This document shows positions 1 to 13,900 of a stretch of DNA of 64,000 nt, piece by piece. The notes under the pieces are model-generated. The model saw nothing but the letters and a program-made list of their open reading frames with translations. It made no database searches and was not told the DNA's origin. Origin of the DNA: Laetmonice hystrix (taxonomy: Eukaryota). Each line of letters opens with the position of its first letter. Position 1 is the stretch's first letter. Location of the stretch: the NCBI GenBank assembly GCA_965235115.1, contig OZ249436.1:59582001-59646000 (forward strand). Direction: 5' to 3'. The position numbers and the translations under genes were made by a program.

Positions 1-432
1 TGAGAAAATTGCAAGTGAATGCAATGTTAGCAAGTGACTCAGATTTGAATGCAAGGATATCACTGAATATTTGACTTGAAAGAAATCGGTCCAATATGGA
101 GCTTGTATGATGGAGAAGGAGATTACTTTGTGATGCCGAGTCTGAAGTCGGCTTGCAGTCTTGCTGTATTGAGCGATGATCGGGCTGCATGCATGACGGG
201 ACAGAGATAGACGTGAGATCCGTAATTACCATCATGTGGCCGGAGGTTAAAACAGCATCCACCGTGGCCAGACGCGGAATCACTTTGCCAATACATTTCA
301 ATACCCAGCCCGCTGAAAGATGAACCGTGAGATGAACAAGTATCGGGAAATTCTTAAATCACTTTTTCAATAGTTGAGTGCCAACGATGAGAATGTAGGC
401 AGCAATCAATAGCAAACATATAGGCAGGGATC

Positions 433-451
433 GGCGGTCGCCTTTGAACTT
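433..451 (+). promoter_or_regulatory. Candidate bipartite TCF site (Helper + HMG site)
   Basis: GGCGGT-cgc-CTTTGAACTT: a reversed RCCGCC Helper 3 nt upstream of a CTTTGAA HMG site. Motif match only. Confidence 0.35.
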
Positions 452-1050
452 GTGCAAATGCTGGTAAATTGCCTGTCTCTGAGATAATGAGGGCCACAGA
501 GGCCAGCGGTGGCAGTGGCCCCAAGAATGGGGCCAACTTGGGGCAGCGGCAAGGCCAGGGACAGAGACACAGCAGCGTGGACACAACACCCACCGAAACA
601 CGCAGCGCTGTCCACTGCAGCCAACCCTTACATTCATATTGATGCCACACGAACTAAAATCAAATTTTATTACACATACAGTCAGTTTACACATTAGATT
701 TCATGGGTGGCTGCTGACGCCCCTGTGTAAGTCCACTCTGTATGTGTTTGGGTATTGGGAAGAAAATGGGACTATCAAAAGGACTTCTGCCAGACATTTA
801 TGGTTCTCTTTAATAGAAAGATTCTGCATTGAATGATTTGACGGTGTTCGTGGTGATGAGTCTGGCTGGGAAGCTGGTGTATGGACTAGGTCCTGCTATC
901 AGTTTGGAAGGGTTTTCACTGCCTGATACATGCATCATTACTCAAAGCGTTGGGGTCCTCTGGGTTCACGGCATATGATACAGCGTGGAATCTTGGTGGC
1001 GCACAGCGCTGTCTCCAGGCGCTCTCCGCCTGTTCAGGCCACCGTGCGCA

Positions 1051-1069
1051 AAGATCAAAGCCGGCCGCC
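1051..1069 (-). promoter_or_regulatory. Candidate bipartite TCF site (Helper + HMG site)
   Basis: AAGATCAAAG-ccg-GCCGCC, whose reverse complement is GGCGGC-cgg-CTTTGATCTT: a near-optimal HMG site with a Helper at 3 nt. Motif match only. Confidence 0.42.
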
Positions 1070-2376
1070 TGCCTGCCACCCCACCTAAAGAGCTTCCTCG
1101 AAGTCAGTTTGCACATGAATAATTTAATGTGTGTAATTATACCAGATAGCATTCAGGAGGCTGGAAACCAAGGGTTAACGTCAGGGTTATATCACCATAG
1201 GTCACCTTTTGCGTCCGAGTGTCACATGCCCCCTCCCCCAGCAAAAATATAAATAATTTAATAAGTAAAAAACAACATCAGAGAGAATAATATAATAGAA
1301 TAAATACCGGGCAAAGAAAAAATAAGAAATGAAAAGTTTATTGAAGGCCTCATGTTAATTTATTTTTGGTAAGATGACGCCTTGATTAAGCTGGATTAAA
1401 GTGCCAGGGCCTGACCTGCTTTCACATCTGGATTTGTTGGTTGAATATGGATCAGAGTAACCGATTCGAAATGACTACAGTACGGAAAACTCACTAATTA
1501 ATGAAGTCCGCCAGGAGAGGTGGCAGCATTAAAGGATTGGTCAGCTGGCAGCTTGCAGTGGCCGTTCAACTGACCATCACTAATGGTCTGTACACGTCAG
1601 CCATGCAGGTCATTTCTCATGTGAAGTTCACATGTACTGATGGGGAATGCGTCGGCTGGCCGTGTAAAGAAATTATTATACCTACTAAGAAGTACATGAT
1701 AAGTACAAATGTAATCTGCGTGAGAAAATTGTTTCGTTTCATCTGATCAGCTTATCAGGAAGAAGGAATTTTTTTCTGAACTCGCAGTATCGGTCTGTCA
1801 GAATTGGCTTAAAATCGGGTCCAGGATGGTCACGTCAGCCTACCGTGTGTACGGATTCCTGCAAATTCATAATGGTGACAGCATGATATCTTAAAGTAAT
1901 TTGATTAAAAGTTTCTTATTACGAGGACTACATTTAAGCTCTCGGATTTTGAGATCGTTTAATACACAGTGGTCGGCTTAATATTCTGAAACGTTTATCT
2001 TTTTCATCTCCTTCTGCTTCGTCCCAGTGTGCCAAGCAACAAGAGTATTGCAAAGAGGACTTTTGAGTCTAGTGAATATCATTGTCCATAGGCGGAATAT
2101 ATTAATTGAAGAAGCTTTCGTGTCTTTTTTTCCGCCGTGCTAGGAGAGGAATCAGTTAAAAGTTAAGTCGAGGTGATTTATGATAGGTTCTTGGAAGGTC
2201 TCCATGGTGATGTCACATGGAAGACAATGCACACGGCCTTAATTGTGGATTCATGCTCTAAGGTGGCTGAGCTCGCCCAAGCTCAACCCTGGAAGCAAAG
2301 CCTCCGAGGTGCTCAGGTGCACGAGGCAAGCTCTTGTGGCATCTGGTTATGTCGGCAGGTCGGGGGATTTTTGCAA

Positions 2377-2403
2377 GGGAGGGTAGGGGTGAGGGATGGG
2401 GGG
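2377..2403 (+). other. Canonical G-quadruplex-forming motif
   Basis: G3-A-G3-TA-G4-TGA-G3-AT-G6. Folding is predicted, not shown. Confidence 0.55.
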
Positions 2404-4778
2404 ATGGAATGGGTGGAGGAGGAGGGTATAAGGAACATGGCTACCACACAACGCTGATGAGCCCAACCCCCTGGTGGTCCCCATTAGTCAAGCCATGGCC
2501 CAGTTAAGCCAATCTATGGAGTAGATTCTGCACATATTTACAGGCGAACATTTTGAATCAGTTTTCATATCCGTCCACCATTATTTCTGTCTGTTTGGTG
2601 CTGATTAGTTTGCGAGTGTAACAGTCTTCGCGGGGCCGATTATAGCGTTGAGGCTATGTCAAGAACATCTGCGCAGTCTCTTGGATCTCCTGGGGTTATT
2701 TCAGCTGCAAGCCATCTGTATGTGGAGGTTTCGTGGCAGCTTGCAGAGTCAACGGGGTGAAATATGGGGCTGCTCCACCAGATTGGAAATGAAAAGGCAG
2801 AGAAAAGGTTACACAGTTATTAATGTGTTGAAATCTTCCATTGGCTGGGCCCTAATTGGAGTAAGCCCTGTAGGTGTGGAGCACATTGCTTGGGTCGTCG
2901 GCACTGAGGGTTTAGAGACGACCGCAGTGAAAGTGAAACGGAAAGGGTTAACAAAGTGAGCGAACATTAAGTAAGATCAGAACTTTGCAACGACTGTTTC
3001 TTTACTGGAATTGTAAATTAATTTGGACTGAACTGCTGCAGTTAATATTTTAATGTCAGTAAACACAATTAGCAGTCGATGTTGCAGATGCAAGTGTTTT
3101 GTTGAACCGCTTGAGACAGATTGAACTGATATGCTGTAACGGTCTGACCCATACGAAATATCTGTTCTATAAGTTTAGAAGTTAAGTGCTGAACCCATAT
3201 TTTTTGTGGATATAGGTTTAGAATATCAGTTTAGGTCCGTGCGTACAAAGTCAGAGAGCCTCTGGGGACTCTGCAATGGGGCCTGAGACAGCTGCGCAGA
3301 GCTAGGGAGAAGACAAACATCAGAGAATCGGTTAAGACCTGTCCCTGGTCACGGTACAAATTGCCTAGCTAAAGTTTCACCGTTGAAAGGCTTGCGATCA
3401 CAACCAATTAGAGGCGAAACCTTGATTCATTTAGATGCTGGACAGCCTCCGATAGAATTAATGGGAAATATAAAAAAGTCATCCGCTGTGTATCGATGAA
3501 AATGTTTCATCATAAACAGCAAGAGCTCGCTAATGATATAATTTGAGATTGATTTTTGAGTTTGTATGTGAGAACCCGTTCTGGTAGTTTTTTTAGTAGG
3601 GAAGACTGAAGACATGAGCCGGCAAAGAATGGTCGATACGCTTGTATGGAAATGAACCCCTGAACAGCACTGGAGCCTAATGACATTTTCAATGCATCAA
3701 AGAGTATATCACCCATCGGTGTTACATTTTGAAATCTTCCCCGCATCCGACGCTGAGTGGGGGTGGAAATTAGTGCCTTGATGATTGTAAAAATATAAAA
3801 ATAGGCTGCCCATTTTGGCAGGGTTTTAGGTAGGTGATTAAGACGTGGAGTAGGGGAGGGTGGCCGCGTGTACTAAGCTGCTTAGCTACTGTTGTGCGAT
3901 TGACATTTCCTTTCGTGAATAGCAGCAAGACGAGAATGGTTGACTCCTGCTCTCAAAGCCTTTGGATAACCACTCTTGCAGAAAGACGTCGTATTGCTTT
4001 CCACCTTCAGGTCAGCCTATTAAAAATTTAAATTTCAGCCAGCGCCTGAGATTTAGAAAGGGAATCTTTTTGTCCACGCAGGTGGATTTGACCCTGGGCA
4101 GTTATTGGAGACATGGAAAGCGAAGCGATGTTTTCTGGAGTGAAAGTATCAGAAATCGGGAAGGGAGGATGTACTAAGAATGGTGGCGACTCCGAAAAGA
4201 TATTGAAAATCATTATGTTCCCAGGGGTTGCCCTCAGTCCCTTCGCCCAGCTGGTACAAAATGACATCGCATTCTCGAGAAGCTAATTGTTGCGAAATTT
4301 ATCCGATGTTCACTCGGGAGCATGCTCGTGAAAAAGATGCCTTGAATATTATCGGAGTCTTTGATCTGCTATTCAAAGCTCGTGAGGCATCATGGGAGGT
4401 TGCGTGAGCGCTGGGCGGTGGTGTGAGCGACACGGGTAAAAGGGATGCTATGGTCTTGTAATTGTTTTAGCTAACAGGGGGAGCAGTGTCTTTGTATGGA
4501 TGCGGTAAGTGATGTAGCTACCAGCTAGTGTGTTTGAGAGGAGCGGGCGAGGGTGTTTAGTTGTAAAGAGTTGAGAGTGGGCTTCATGCTGGCCACCGCG
4601 TACCCTCCAGCCACAGATGAAATGGAGGGTACATGGGCCATTTCATGTACAGCAGTGATCACAGCCATCTAATGCCGGTTTCACTCGCAGCCATATCTGC
4701 GAGCCGTCGCCGTACTACAATGGCAAAGTTGCTAATTTAGTCAGCCTCCTAAAAGGGAGCAAATGGTAGCTAGTCGGA

Positions 4779-4793
4779 GGGGGGGGGGGGGGG
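4779..4793 (+). repeat. Poly-G run (15 nt)
   Basis: Read directly from the sequence. Confidence 0.9.
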
Positions 4794-7700
4794 ACGTATG
4801 CACCTTGATTCTTCATGACGATTCAACGTCATGTCTGATATTTTTGTGGCTTATTGTAAATCTCGTTTAATCTGTCCATGAAGATTACCAGATGAATCTT
4901 ATTGTTGAATTGAGAGTTTTGAAAAAAGTATAAAATTCAGCCACAGTCCAAACGTAATTTGACCAACAGTGCTTGCCCTGAAAATTAGGTCAGGTTCATT
5001 GAGATCTTGTTCATTGTTTGATACTGAATATAATTCAGCTGTTTTCGCTCGAAAAGTCTATGCAAATGAGCTCCAAATGAGTTCCAAATCTATTATTGAT
5101 TGATTCATTCTATCTCTTAACCTTTAGGCAGCACACATGTATGCTTAATGCATAGGGAAATGTTACATTGATTACAGGTAATAGTGCTTTATCAATGAAA
5201 TATTTGTGCGATTGAATAGCAGTGGAAAAACAAGACGAGTGCTGTTATTATGAATTAAATGTGTCAATCATTGTATGGTGATGGAAACTTAATTTGCTAA
5301 TTATCTGGGTTTTTGCTAATTTGTTAATTATTCTAGGAGGTTGTATTTCCTAACATTCAGCATACTAAGCGAAGAAAACTGCTCGTTGACTGTTGAGGGG
5401 TTAGGGTACCTTGGAGATCTGACAAAGCTTGTTGTTACCAAGAAACTGAGTACGTTGAGCTCAGAGCTACTCAAGGTTGTGCATTAAACCATTAGTCATG
5501 GGAGAGAAAATGTAACCTGGCAATTTATGCGGAGTGTGTCTTTTGATATGGCACAAGACAGTCATGAAGGCCGTGCAGGAGTCAAAAGTGCATGAAAAAG
5601 TCAGATCAGAGGCGGAGTGCTCGGCGCCGAGAATTGATACGCAGTGCAGAGAACACTAAGATACATTAAGGGCCTGAAATGGGGCATGCTAATTCCCACG
5701 AAGAACACCTTTTGTAGCTGATGAAATAATCATGTAGAAGGTGTGCTCACATGTCAAAACAGCTTGCTTAGGTAGGGGCTGGTGTGGGGCAGGGCAGACT
5801 GAGGCACGCAGGTGCATTTTTAATGACTGAATTCCCGGACAAGGCATTAACAGTGCTGACGTCTAATTGGTGACAATCACGGAGTGAAAGGTTAGAATTA
5901 CCTTCATGCTGGACTGAAACAGCAGAGGATCAGGAATGCAGTTAAAAGAAACCTGCCCTGATGGGTGACAAAAATATGGATTAAAAAGTCATGTGGGGGT
6001 CCGTTTTGGGGGTTAAAACAGAACCCGCTTTATTACGGTGTATGTTTTTTGCCGGGATTGAATCACGTCGGAATGAGATTTCTTGGGGTTAGTCTGCAAA
6101 GATATTTTCTTTAGCCTAACTGTGCAAAGTGAAGTTTCCTTACCGGTAGTAAATTGAAGGGTAAATGGATGACGAGCTGACTGTTGCCATGTGAAATGAG
6201 AAATTGTGTGAAGTGATATCATGTCATACTCCACGTTCATATCTGACACAGAGACAGCAGTTCGGATGTTAAGTGTTGACGAGCAATGCTGAGGTGTGGT
6301 TTCTCCTTGGGGACCTGATCAGGTGTCCTGTCAATAAGTGGTGTACAGCTAACGTCATCCTCAATGCAAAGTAAACTACAGCAATTGTACACCGCCATAT
6401 GATTTGAGTTTACTCTCAGAAGATCGTATTAAGTTCTTGGTGAGAGGTAAAAAGTTCTTCAGCTCCGGGCTTAAAGGTTGACTTTAAAAATACATCCTAC
6501 TTGAAATATGATCCCAAAAGCAACCAAGTCCAACATTGCTACCGCTGCTGTAGATCTACTTCAGCGGAATATTTATCTATAAATCTTGCTTGAAAATAAG
6601 TAATAAAATTTTTAGTAAGGTGCATTAGAATCTAGTTTCAAGTAGCTCTGAATTAGTGATGTTTATAAAGGATTACAGATAAGTATGCGTATTTCAAGCC
6701 ATTTGCCTTGTGGGGCGAATTGGATCAGAATATGACAGATCTGGGGAAAATGTCAGTTTGACCTATAGACCATATAGAATTATTACTTGATTATTAAAAG
6801 GGAACCAGAAAACTTGGTTTATTGGCGGTGTTGATTATTTCATCAGAAAATATCTTTTTTTTATAAAGGTTACCCCCCAATGACAAAGTACATGAAGGGC
6901 TACCAATAATATCGACTATAAGTACACGTACTTGTTACTGAATATGTTTTGACGTGAAAAGAATGAACGCAGGTCAAGGGATTATAATAAAATTGATGGA
7001 AGTTAAGTTTCTATATCCAATAGTTAAGGATATGGGATGAGATGGACACGGCATAGAAGTGTCTTAAATGGCCTTCAATATGAGAAAACCGTTGATAGAC
7101 GATATGGCCGACTCATGTGCTTCTATATCCGTTGTCACACCATACGGTTAAACAGGTGTGTGTTGTGCAGTTGATTTGGCTAATGTGAAAATTGATGTTT
7201 TTATGCTGACACCAGAGAAAATGATGGGTGGAACAGAAAGAGCTGGATCAGTAGTCCTGTTAAAGCTGGCTTTATACTTTATACACTTGATGTAGCGGCA
7301 ATTCCGGGGAAAGTTTATTTTGAAGAATGAACAGAGGTGGAAACAATTTGAGCCGATAACGACTGATAGACAGTTGTTTGGTGCTAATAACATATTTCAG
7401 GATCTAGTAAAAAAACAAGTTGTTCACCAGTTTTGACAGGTTTAGGGTGTAATTCCAGCAGGTATGGAGAGCAAATGAACAAATGTCACAGAAGACCACG
7501 GATGGACAGTATGCCAAAATGGCTTCAGGATCTTAATAATGGCGACTTTTCTCTCACGACGTGTACAAGACATTCAAGCGATGACTGATATTGATATGCA
7601 ATATTTCAAACCCGCAGGACCATTTGGAAAGGAACAGACTTTTGGCCCAGGGCAGATGAACAATTCCGCGTGATGGACAGCGTAAAATTGAATCTTGATT

Positions 7701-7912
7701 GCAGGAATAGTCAAGTGAGGGCTCATTACAGCGCCCGCCAGGGAGAGATCTTTTTGTGCTTGCAGTTGTTAATCAACCCCGCCCAGGTGAGACATAATTA
7801 GAGTAGCTTGCTGATTGAAAGGTAGCTCAGGTGGATTAGTGACAGGAAAACACGGAGGTGTGGTAACAGGGGAGATGGGGGATGTGACACGGCACCATGG
7901 ACGAGAAATGGC

Positions 7913-7944
7913 GGGGGGGGGGGGGGGGGGGGGAGAGGGGGGGG
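7913..7944 (+). repeat. Poly-G run (G21-AGA-G8)
   Basis: Read directly from the sequence. Confidence 0.9.
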
Positions 7945-10900
7945 TTACCAATGTCTTTCATCTTTCAGGGCAGTGTCTCCCATGACACGAACTGCTTAAT
8001 ACTTATACCAGTCCGTGTGCTCATGAATTCTGGGAGAATGACATGTTTTGATGTCCGTATTTCCAGGGATGAATACAGTACTATTTTGTAATTGTGTGAT
8101 GAACATGTCAACAAATTAGGTTGGAAGGAGCCCCCCAACCCCCACCGCTCTGTTCTCTCTTAGTGCCAAGAAATGCACTAGAGCAGAGAGAGGCGCGTGG
8201 TTGCATGGCCAGACCTGAATGGGGATCAGCAGCAGGGTCTGATCCATCACGGTGGCGGTGACGTGGCCAGGATTGATCCGACTCCACATCAGCCTCCACT
8301 ACAACCAGACTCACTGAGCCCAAAATTGGCAAAGGGCGCAGCGTGCACGTGTTCAGCACACGGCCCTGACCCAACCGTTCTCTTCTGAATAGCTGCAAAA
8401 TGTTACATTCTGAAGCACTATTTAAAGAAAGGAAAGGAAACAAGGAGGGCAATTTATTGACCATGGACAGATCTCAAGTCTCAAGTCTTCAAATTGTCTT
8501 TTACGTTGACCTATTCGTCTTGTGCGTAGAGGATACTGAAGATGACCTGGAATATTGGAAGAGCATGTCATCCACTTAGCAGACAAGGAGATGCTACTGA
8601 TACCCAATGACATCAACTCTATCTCCATTTTTGAGCACTGAGAGACTTCGTTCTAAATAGCTCCATTTCTATCACGTTGGAAGTTCACTGCTTTTTCCGA
8701 AGCAGATGCAATTTTGTCTTTCAGTGCACTCCTTGGCTTGGTAAGATGGAACACACAAAAGAGTGCAGATGGTGGCCCCTGTTGCCATGGAGATGCATGT
8801 GGAGGGTGAGCGTCACTCAGGGCTGATCTAAGTGTTTTTGAATCCTGCCAATACGCTTGGCATAATTTTCTGTCATTTTCTGCTTCCTGGGCCTGAAAGG
8901 AGGAGAGATTAGTGAGTGTCAATGGCATGCCGGCTCTGAACCCCCAACCTCATTACGACGTTTTCAGCGCTCAAGAGGCGCGCGTAAGGCACCCACACCA
9001 GCTAGGCTCAGGCGATGATCACCCGCTCCAAATCCCACCCAATTTCCTTCACTTCTTACCGACAGAAGGGAAGAAAAGAGAATACCACCATGGAGTAATC
9101 ATAATTAGCTTGAAATTCAGAGCCCGGAGCAGAAATTGTGTTCCTGGAAGGCACCCCGAGTAGTCGGCGTGGCCTAGCCTCGGCTGACGCTCTCATTCTC
9201 TCATTTACTGACTGGCACACATGATTGGTGGGAGAAGTTTGCCGTGTAGAAAGAAACTACAGGAAGATCAGCCACGATTGGACTTGATTGATAAGAAATG
9301 ACAGCTGCGTTGATGTTTACGAGACTGAAAGATAGCAGATAACACGTGATGAGATTTTAGGACCAAATAAAAAAAATATTAAAAAAGAAAAGAAAAGAGC
9401 AGAAAAAATTACCATTAATTGCTAGGACATTGAAGATGTGGCATCCTAAAAGTAATTGTTTGTTTTTTGTAGCCTGCTTTAACTTGTTAGGGCACGCTCG
9501 TGGTCAGTCATCAAAAATGCCATATCTTGTGGAGGAGTCAGTAATAGGTGGTGTAGGTGTTGCCGAGAACAGAGAGTGTGATATTGGCATGTTGAACTGG
9601 CTCTGGCACGTCACTAAGGTCTTCCTCAGCTTGGCCGGGGTCGCTGTGGCGTCAGCGGTAATTAAAGGTGTTGCTAGGGAAGCAGACGCTAGACGGTCGA
9701 GGGGGGCACTCAATAGACGGTTGTCGAGATGATTGCGTTGAGCTGCTTGATCTGTCTTCAAGTCTTGAATAGTATTAGATCAATATGAAGATGAAAAACG
9801 TCCAGTGTACCTGACACTTTTAGTTTATGAAAAAAATAGTCAAAGCATAGCGATCTATGTACAGTGTGCGCAGTAGTAAAGATATTTTTTAAAGAAATTT
9901 GATTAATAACTCATCTTGAACAATTCAGGGGGCAAGAATTAAATAAGGCTGTGTGTTCCTCAAAACATGTTTGATCTTAGCTAATTGTGCCAGGCTGTGC
10001 CACCAAACGCCAGCTCTTGTGTGTGTTGTTGCACTGTTCTGTCGGAGGAGCCCATAATGTAACGTGTCTTTAAACTAAACACGGCCCTAGACACCCTTAA
10101 TCCTTGGTCCACTTCTTGGCTCCTTCTTGAGGCTGATCTCCTTTACACCCGTGCTTTGGGACAGATTCGGCCTGTAAGGGTCTGCCATGTGCGGGGTGTA
10201 AAACACGCAGCACTGGCGGGGACGTGGGGGTGGAGGTGGATGGGGGTAAAGGTTCGCACAGCTGTCAGGGGACAGGGAGATCCCGGTGCCCTGGTTCGGT
10301 CTGACCTATTATGCGACAAAGAGGGCAGCCAATCTGCCCTGTCATCCTCGCCAAAAATTTTACCTGAAGAGATCCACTAGAAAGAGATCGGGAATTGTTT
10401 GAGCACGAGCATTATGACTGTTTGCTCTGCTGTCTCTCCAGGTCCCCCCTCCCCCTTTTAAAGACACCCCATGTTTGCCATTGAGTTGTCCTGAGTCGAT
10501 CTTAAAGGATTCTTTGGTCATGAGCTTGTGTCATTGTGTTGGTGGGGGCCGGTGTGGAGCTGGGAGGGAGAGCTGGTCTCCAAACCAAAGTCTGTCATTG
10601 TGGGCCACCATTGTGTCAGCCAGTTGTGCTTTTCTGGTTGAGCTCCTACCGGCTACAGGACACTGGGATGAAGAGATTGGCGTGGAAATACAGCCGCCAC
10701 TGACCACTGCCGACAGATGCTCGCCAAAGGAAATGTGCCACCTTCACAGTAAATGATTGGCTCACGCTGTCACAGCCGATTTAACCCGATGAAGGCGCAT
10801 TTTCACTTTGGACCGCTTGCAAGGTACTGGAAGAGAGGCGTGCTGGTTTTTCTCGCTTAACTATGTCATCATGGTAGACTGGACTGACAGAAGACAAGAT

Positions 10901-13900
10901 AGACTTCCCAAAGTCATGAACATAAGGGTTTAGGGTAGAAGGAATGCACTGGATATCCTGGAACCTCAAGAAAGCATCAGAATGCTACTGCACGAAGCAA
11001 AGGTCGTGTTTAGATTTTCGCACAAAATGCGGTGTATTATACATGTGTATTGTTTGGCACGTGTTGAGGTCAGCTGATCGTGAAACACCTGCACCATTTC
11101 ATATATAGGTGTTTCTTCCTTCAGGTCTCATAATCGATCGTGCCCTTCGCACAGCTGCGGAAGGCGAGGAGGGCAATTGAAGAAACTTGAATGTGGCAAT
11201 AATCAGCTTTTGTTGGATGGAAACACAATGCATGCATGAGTCCTCCCATGCACAAAGCCAAGGTTCAATATTAGAGGGCCTAGAAATACATATCTGCTTT
11301 TTGTGCGCGTCTCGATTGATTTTCTCAATTGATTTAAGACTTAAATTCAGATATTTTAGCGGGAAACCTGAGTGTTTGTTTCTCTCTCTGCCGATGCAAG
11401 CAAATCCCCGAACGGTTAAGTAGCTTAGATTCCATTTCCTGCTGAGGGAGTTGAGGAATCCCTGCAAGTCGGGGTATATTATTTCTGCTTAGTTCTGCCA
11501 CTTGCTGCCGGGTCAGGGCGAAGCTTTTCTGCAGGCACCAAACAATTGGCGAGGCGCAGGAGTGATGCCGGCCTGTGACACGGGCTTGGGGTGGGCTTTT
11601 GTGTGGGCCCCACGACAACACCCTGATCGACTAATTCCCCGTGTGAACCTTGTGGCCCAGATAATTACTGACGGTTGACTACGAAGAGGCTGGTCTCAGG
11701 GAACGGACAAGAGGGACAGATGAGGAGTCGTGATGCTTGGCTCTGACGATGGATAGATGGATGGATGCCACATTGGGCTGCCGTCCCTGTGAGACCTCAG
11801 CTCGTGCCCCCAAGTTTGGAATACCCCTAGAGACACGCGCTAGTCGTGTGCTGATTTTAATTTCTGATTATTCCAGATTCCGACTGGTGCTTATCTTTAA
11901 AACAAAATGAGATTGTCCCAAGATGATGGATAAATTGGCATGCATTGCCAGGATTGTCAGTCACAACCAGAAGGAAGACGGCATTTATTTTGAAAAGTGC
12001 CTGTCAGTGTATTGGAACTAATTTAGCGATTTTCTGAAAATTAGATGTGCAATGTGAGATTTGTAAGGGAAACGTCATATTTTGGCTACTGCATGTCTCG
12101 CCAAACAGTGGTACGGTGATCTGGCGAGGTAATTTATTATAATAGAAGAACTGTCAATTTCACGACAAAGCTGAAAAAGAAGAAAGTTCTCCTCAGCCTC
12201 GTAGATGCGGGTTTCTAGTAAGTTATCGGACTCTTCTTGTCGGTATTCAGGCAGCAGAACACTATGTGACCTGCATCACACGTTTTGTAGGCATAAAACG
12301 GTGATCGGTCTGTGTCGTCAGTCCTTGGAATCCTCAGCCCCTGAGCAAAGATTCAAAACCATCTCCATCACAAAAAAAGTTCAGACTGACAACGTCCTTT
12401 GTGACTGGAACGTCGCAATTTTGTAGAGGGTAGCATGTATTTATCGTCCATTTGTTGGGACGTATGCTGGATCACACTGTGGCAGTCGTAGTAGTGTGTT
12501 CCCTTGGCCTCAGGTGATGTGCCCACCGCCAATGTAGGAGGCACTTCTCGTGGACGAACAGGCAGCATCAAACCGCGTCCTTTTTTCGCTCTCTTGTTCT
12601 CTTTTTTTTTCTCCTTCTATCTCTCTTCCTTTGTGCCCCCGTGGCAACCTGTTAGAAATGTAGATTTTGACTCAGAACGTTCTGAGGCCACATTACCCCG
12701 GGCATTGTACAGCATCTTGGCTACAAATGACCGTCTTTTGTACCCACCCAGTACCACAGTTTCAGCACTGCCAGAAGTTTTTGTCAATAATGTATGGCAG
12801 GAGGTCAGATTGGTCAGTTTGATGGTCGTAGATCATGTTATGTAGAATGGCGTGTGTTTACAGCACAACGACTTGACAATTTTACATGGGGTCCGGGCAG
12901 GCTGTCAGAGAGACCATTGTATGGAAAGTGCCGCCATCAAGAACCTACGTGGATCCTCCCGACCTCTGATGTGCACTAGAAGTATTCTCATGAAAGTGAA
13001 CACTCTCCCACTGCAGCGGCTTTCAGTGTGACAACCATCAGGCTGCGTGCTTTCGGTGTTCCTTTTTTATGACTTTTTTCTGCGCGAGTTTCTTCTCTTT
13101 TTTATTTTCAAATTTTTATATGTGCTATTCTGAGTAAAACTGTCGAAGGGTCCACGAATCAGTACTTCTCTGTGTATGAGAAAGAGGGAGAGCGTGATGA
13201 ATGGAGAGTAGACAACCATGTGACTAGCTTTGGCTCTACCTGTCCCCAGCCTGCTCCTGTAATGAATGCTAATGGTCCGCTACTCCAACAACAGTCGGTG
13301 GTAGTCTGGACAGCCACCCATCCAGCCAGCCAACCTACTTCCAACCCACATGTCAACCCATGCGCTGACTTCTGTTAAACCAGCCACAAAGATGCTGATG
13401 CGCCGCTCCATCAATCACGCTTTCATCTGCCAGATCTGTGAACTATTCATACATTTGTAAGGTTGCATATGCTAAATACAGCTTGTCACCTCCTCTGGTC
13501 TTTCCTTAGAAAGTTCTCATATGTATTCTAGCAAGACCCTGTGAAAAGGAAAGGAGTGCCGAAAAAGTACTGCTCATATCTTATCTGCATCCAGTACCCC
13601 CAAGGCTAATGTTGATAGAAAGAGTAGCATATTGACAGAATAGCAAATGGAAAATATCAGTCTAGTTTGGGTCCAGTTGTTCCCTCCCTCCTCCTCAACC
13701 TTTGCCCTATCTGTCTTAACCTCCTTTCCCCATACTTGGGCGTCTATGCCATAGTCGTGGGCCGGAGTGCGAGAGCAGCATAAATCTGACGCTTGACATT
13801 GTGACTGACACCCGCCTTGACACATTGCTAGCATTTGGAAAGGGATACGCTAGCGCAGACAAAGGCGGGGGCTCACTTTGTAACCCCGCTGCCCCGGTGG

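Noticed and set aside
516-535. 8-bp hairpin TGGCCCCA-AGAA-TGGGGCCA
   Set aside because: Stems of this size are expected several times by chance, and no U-tract or other context supports it.
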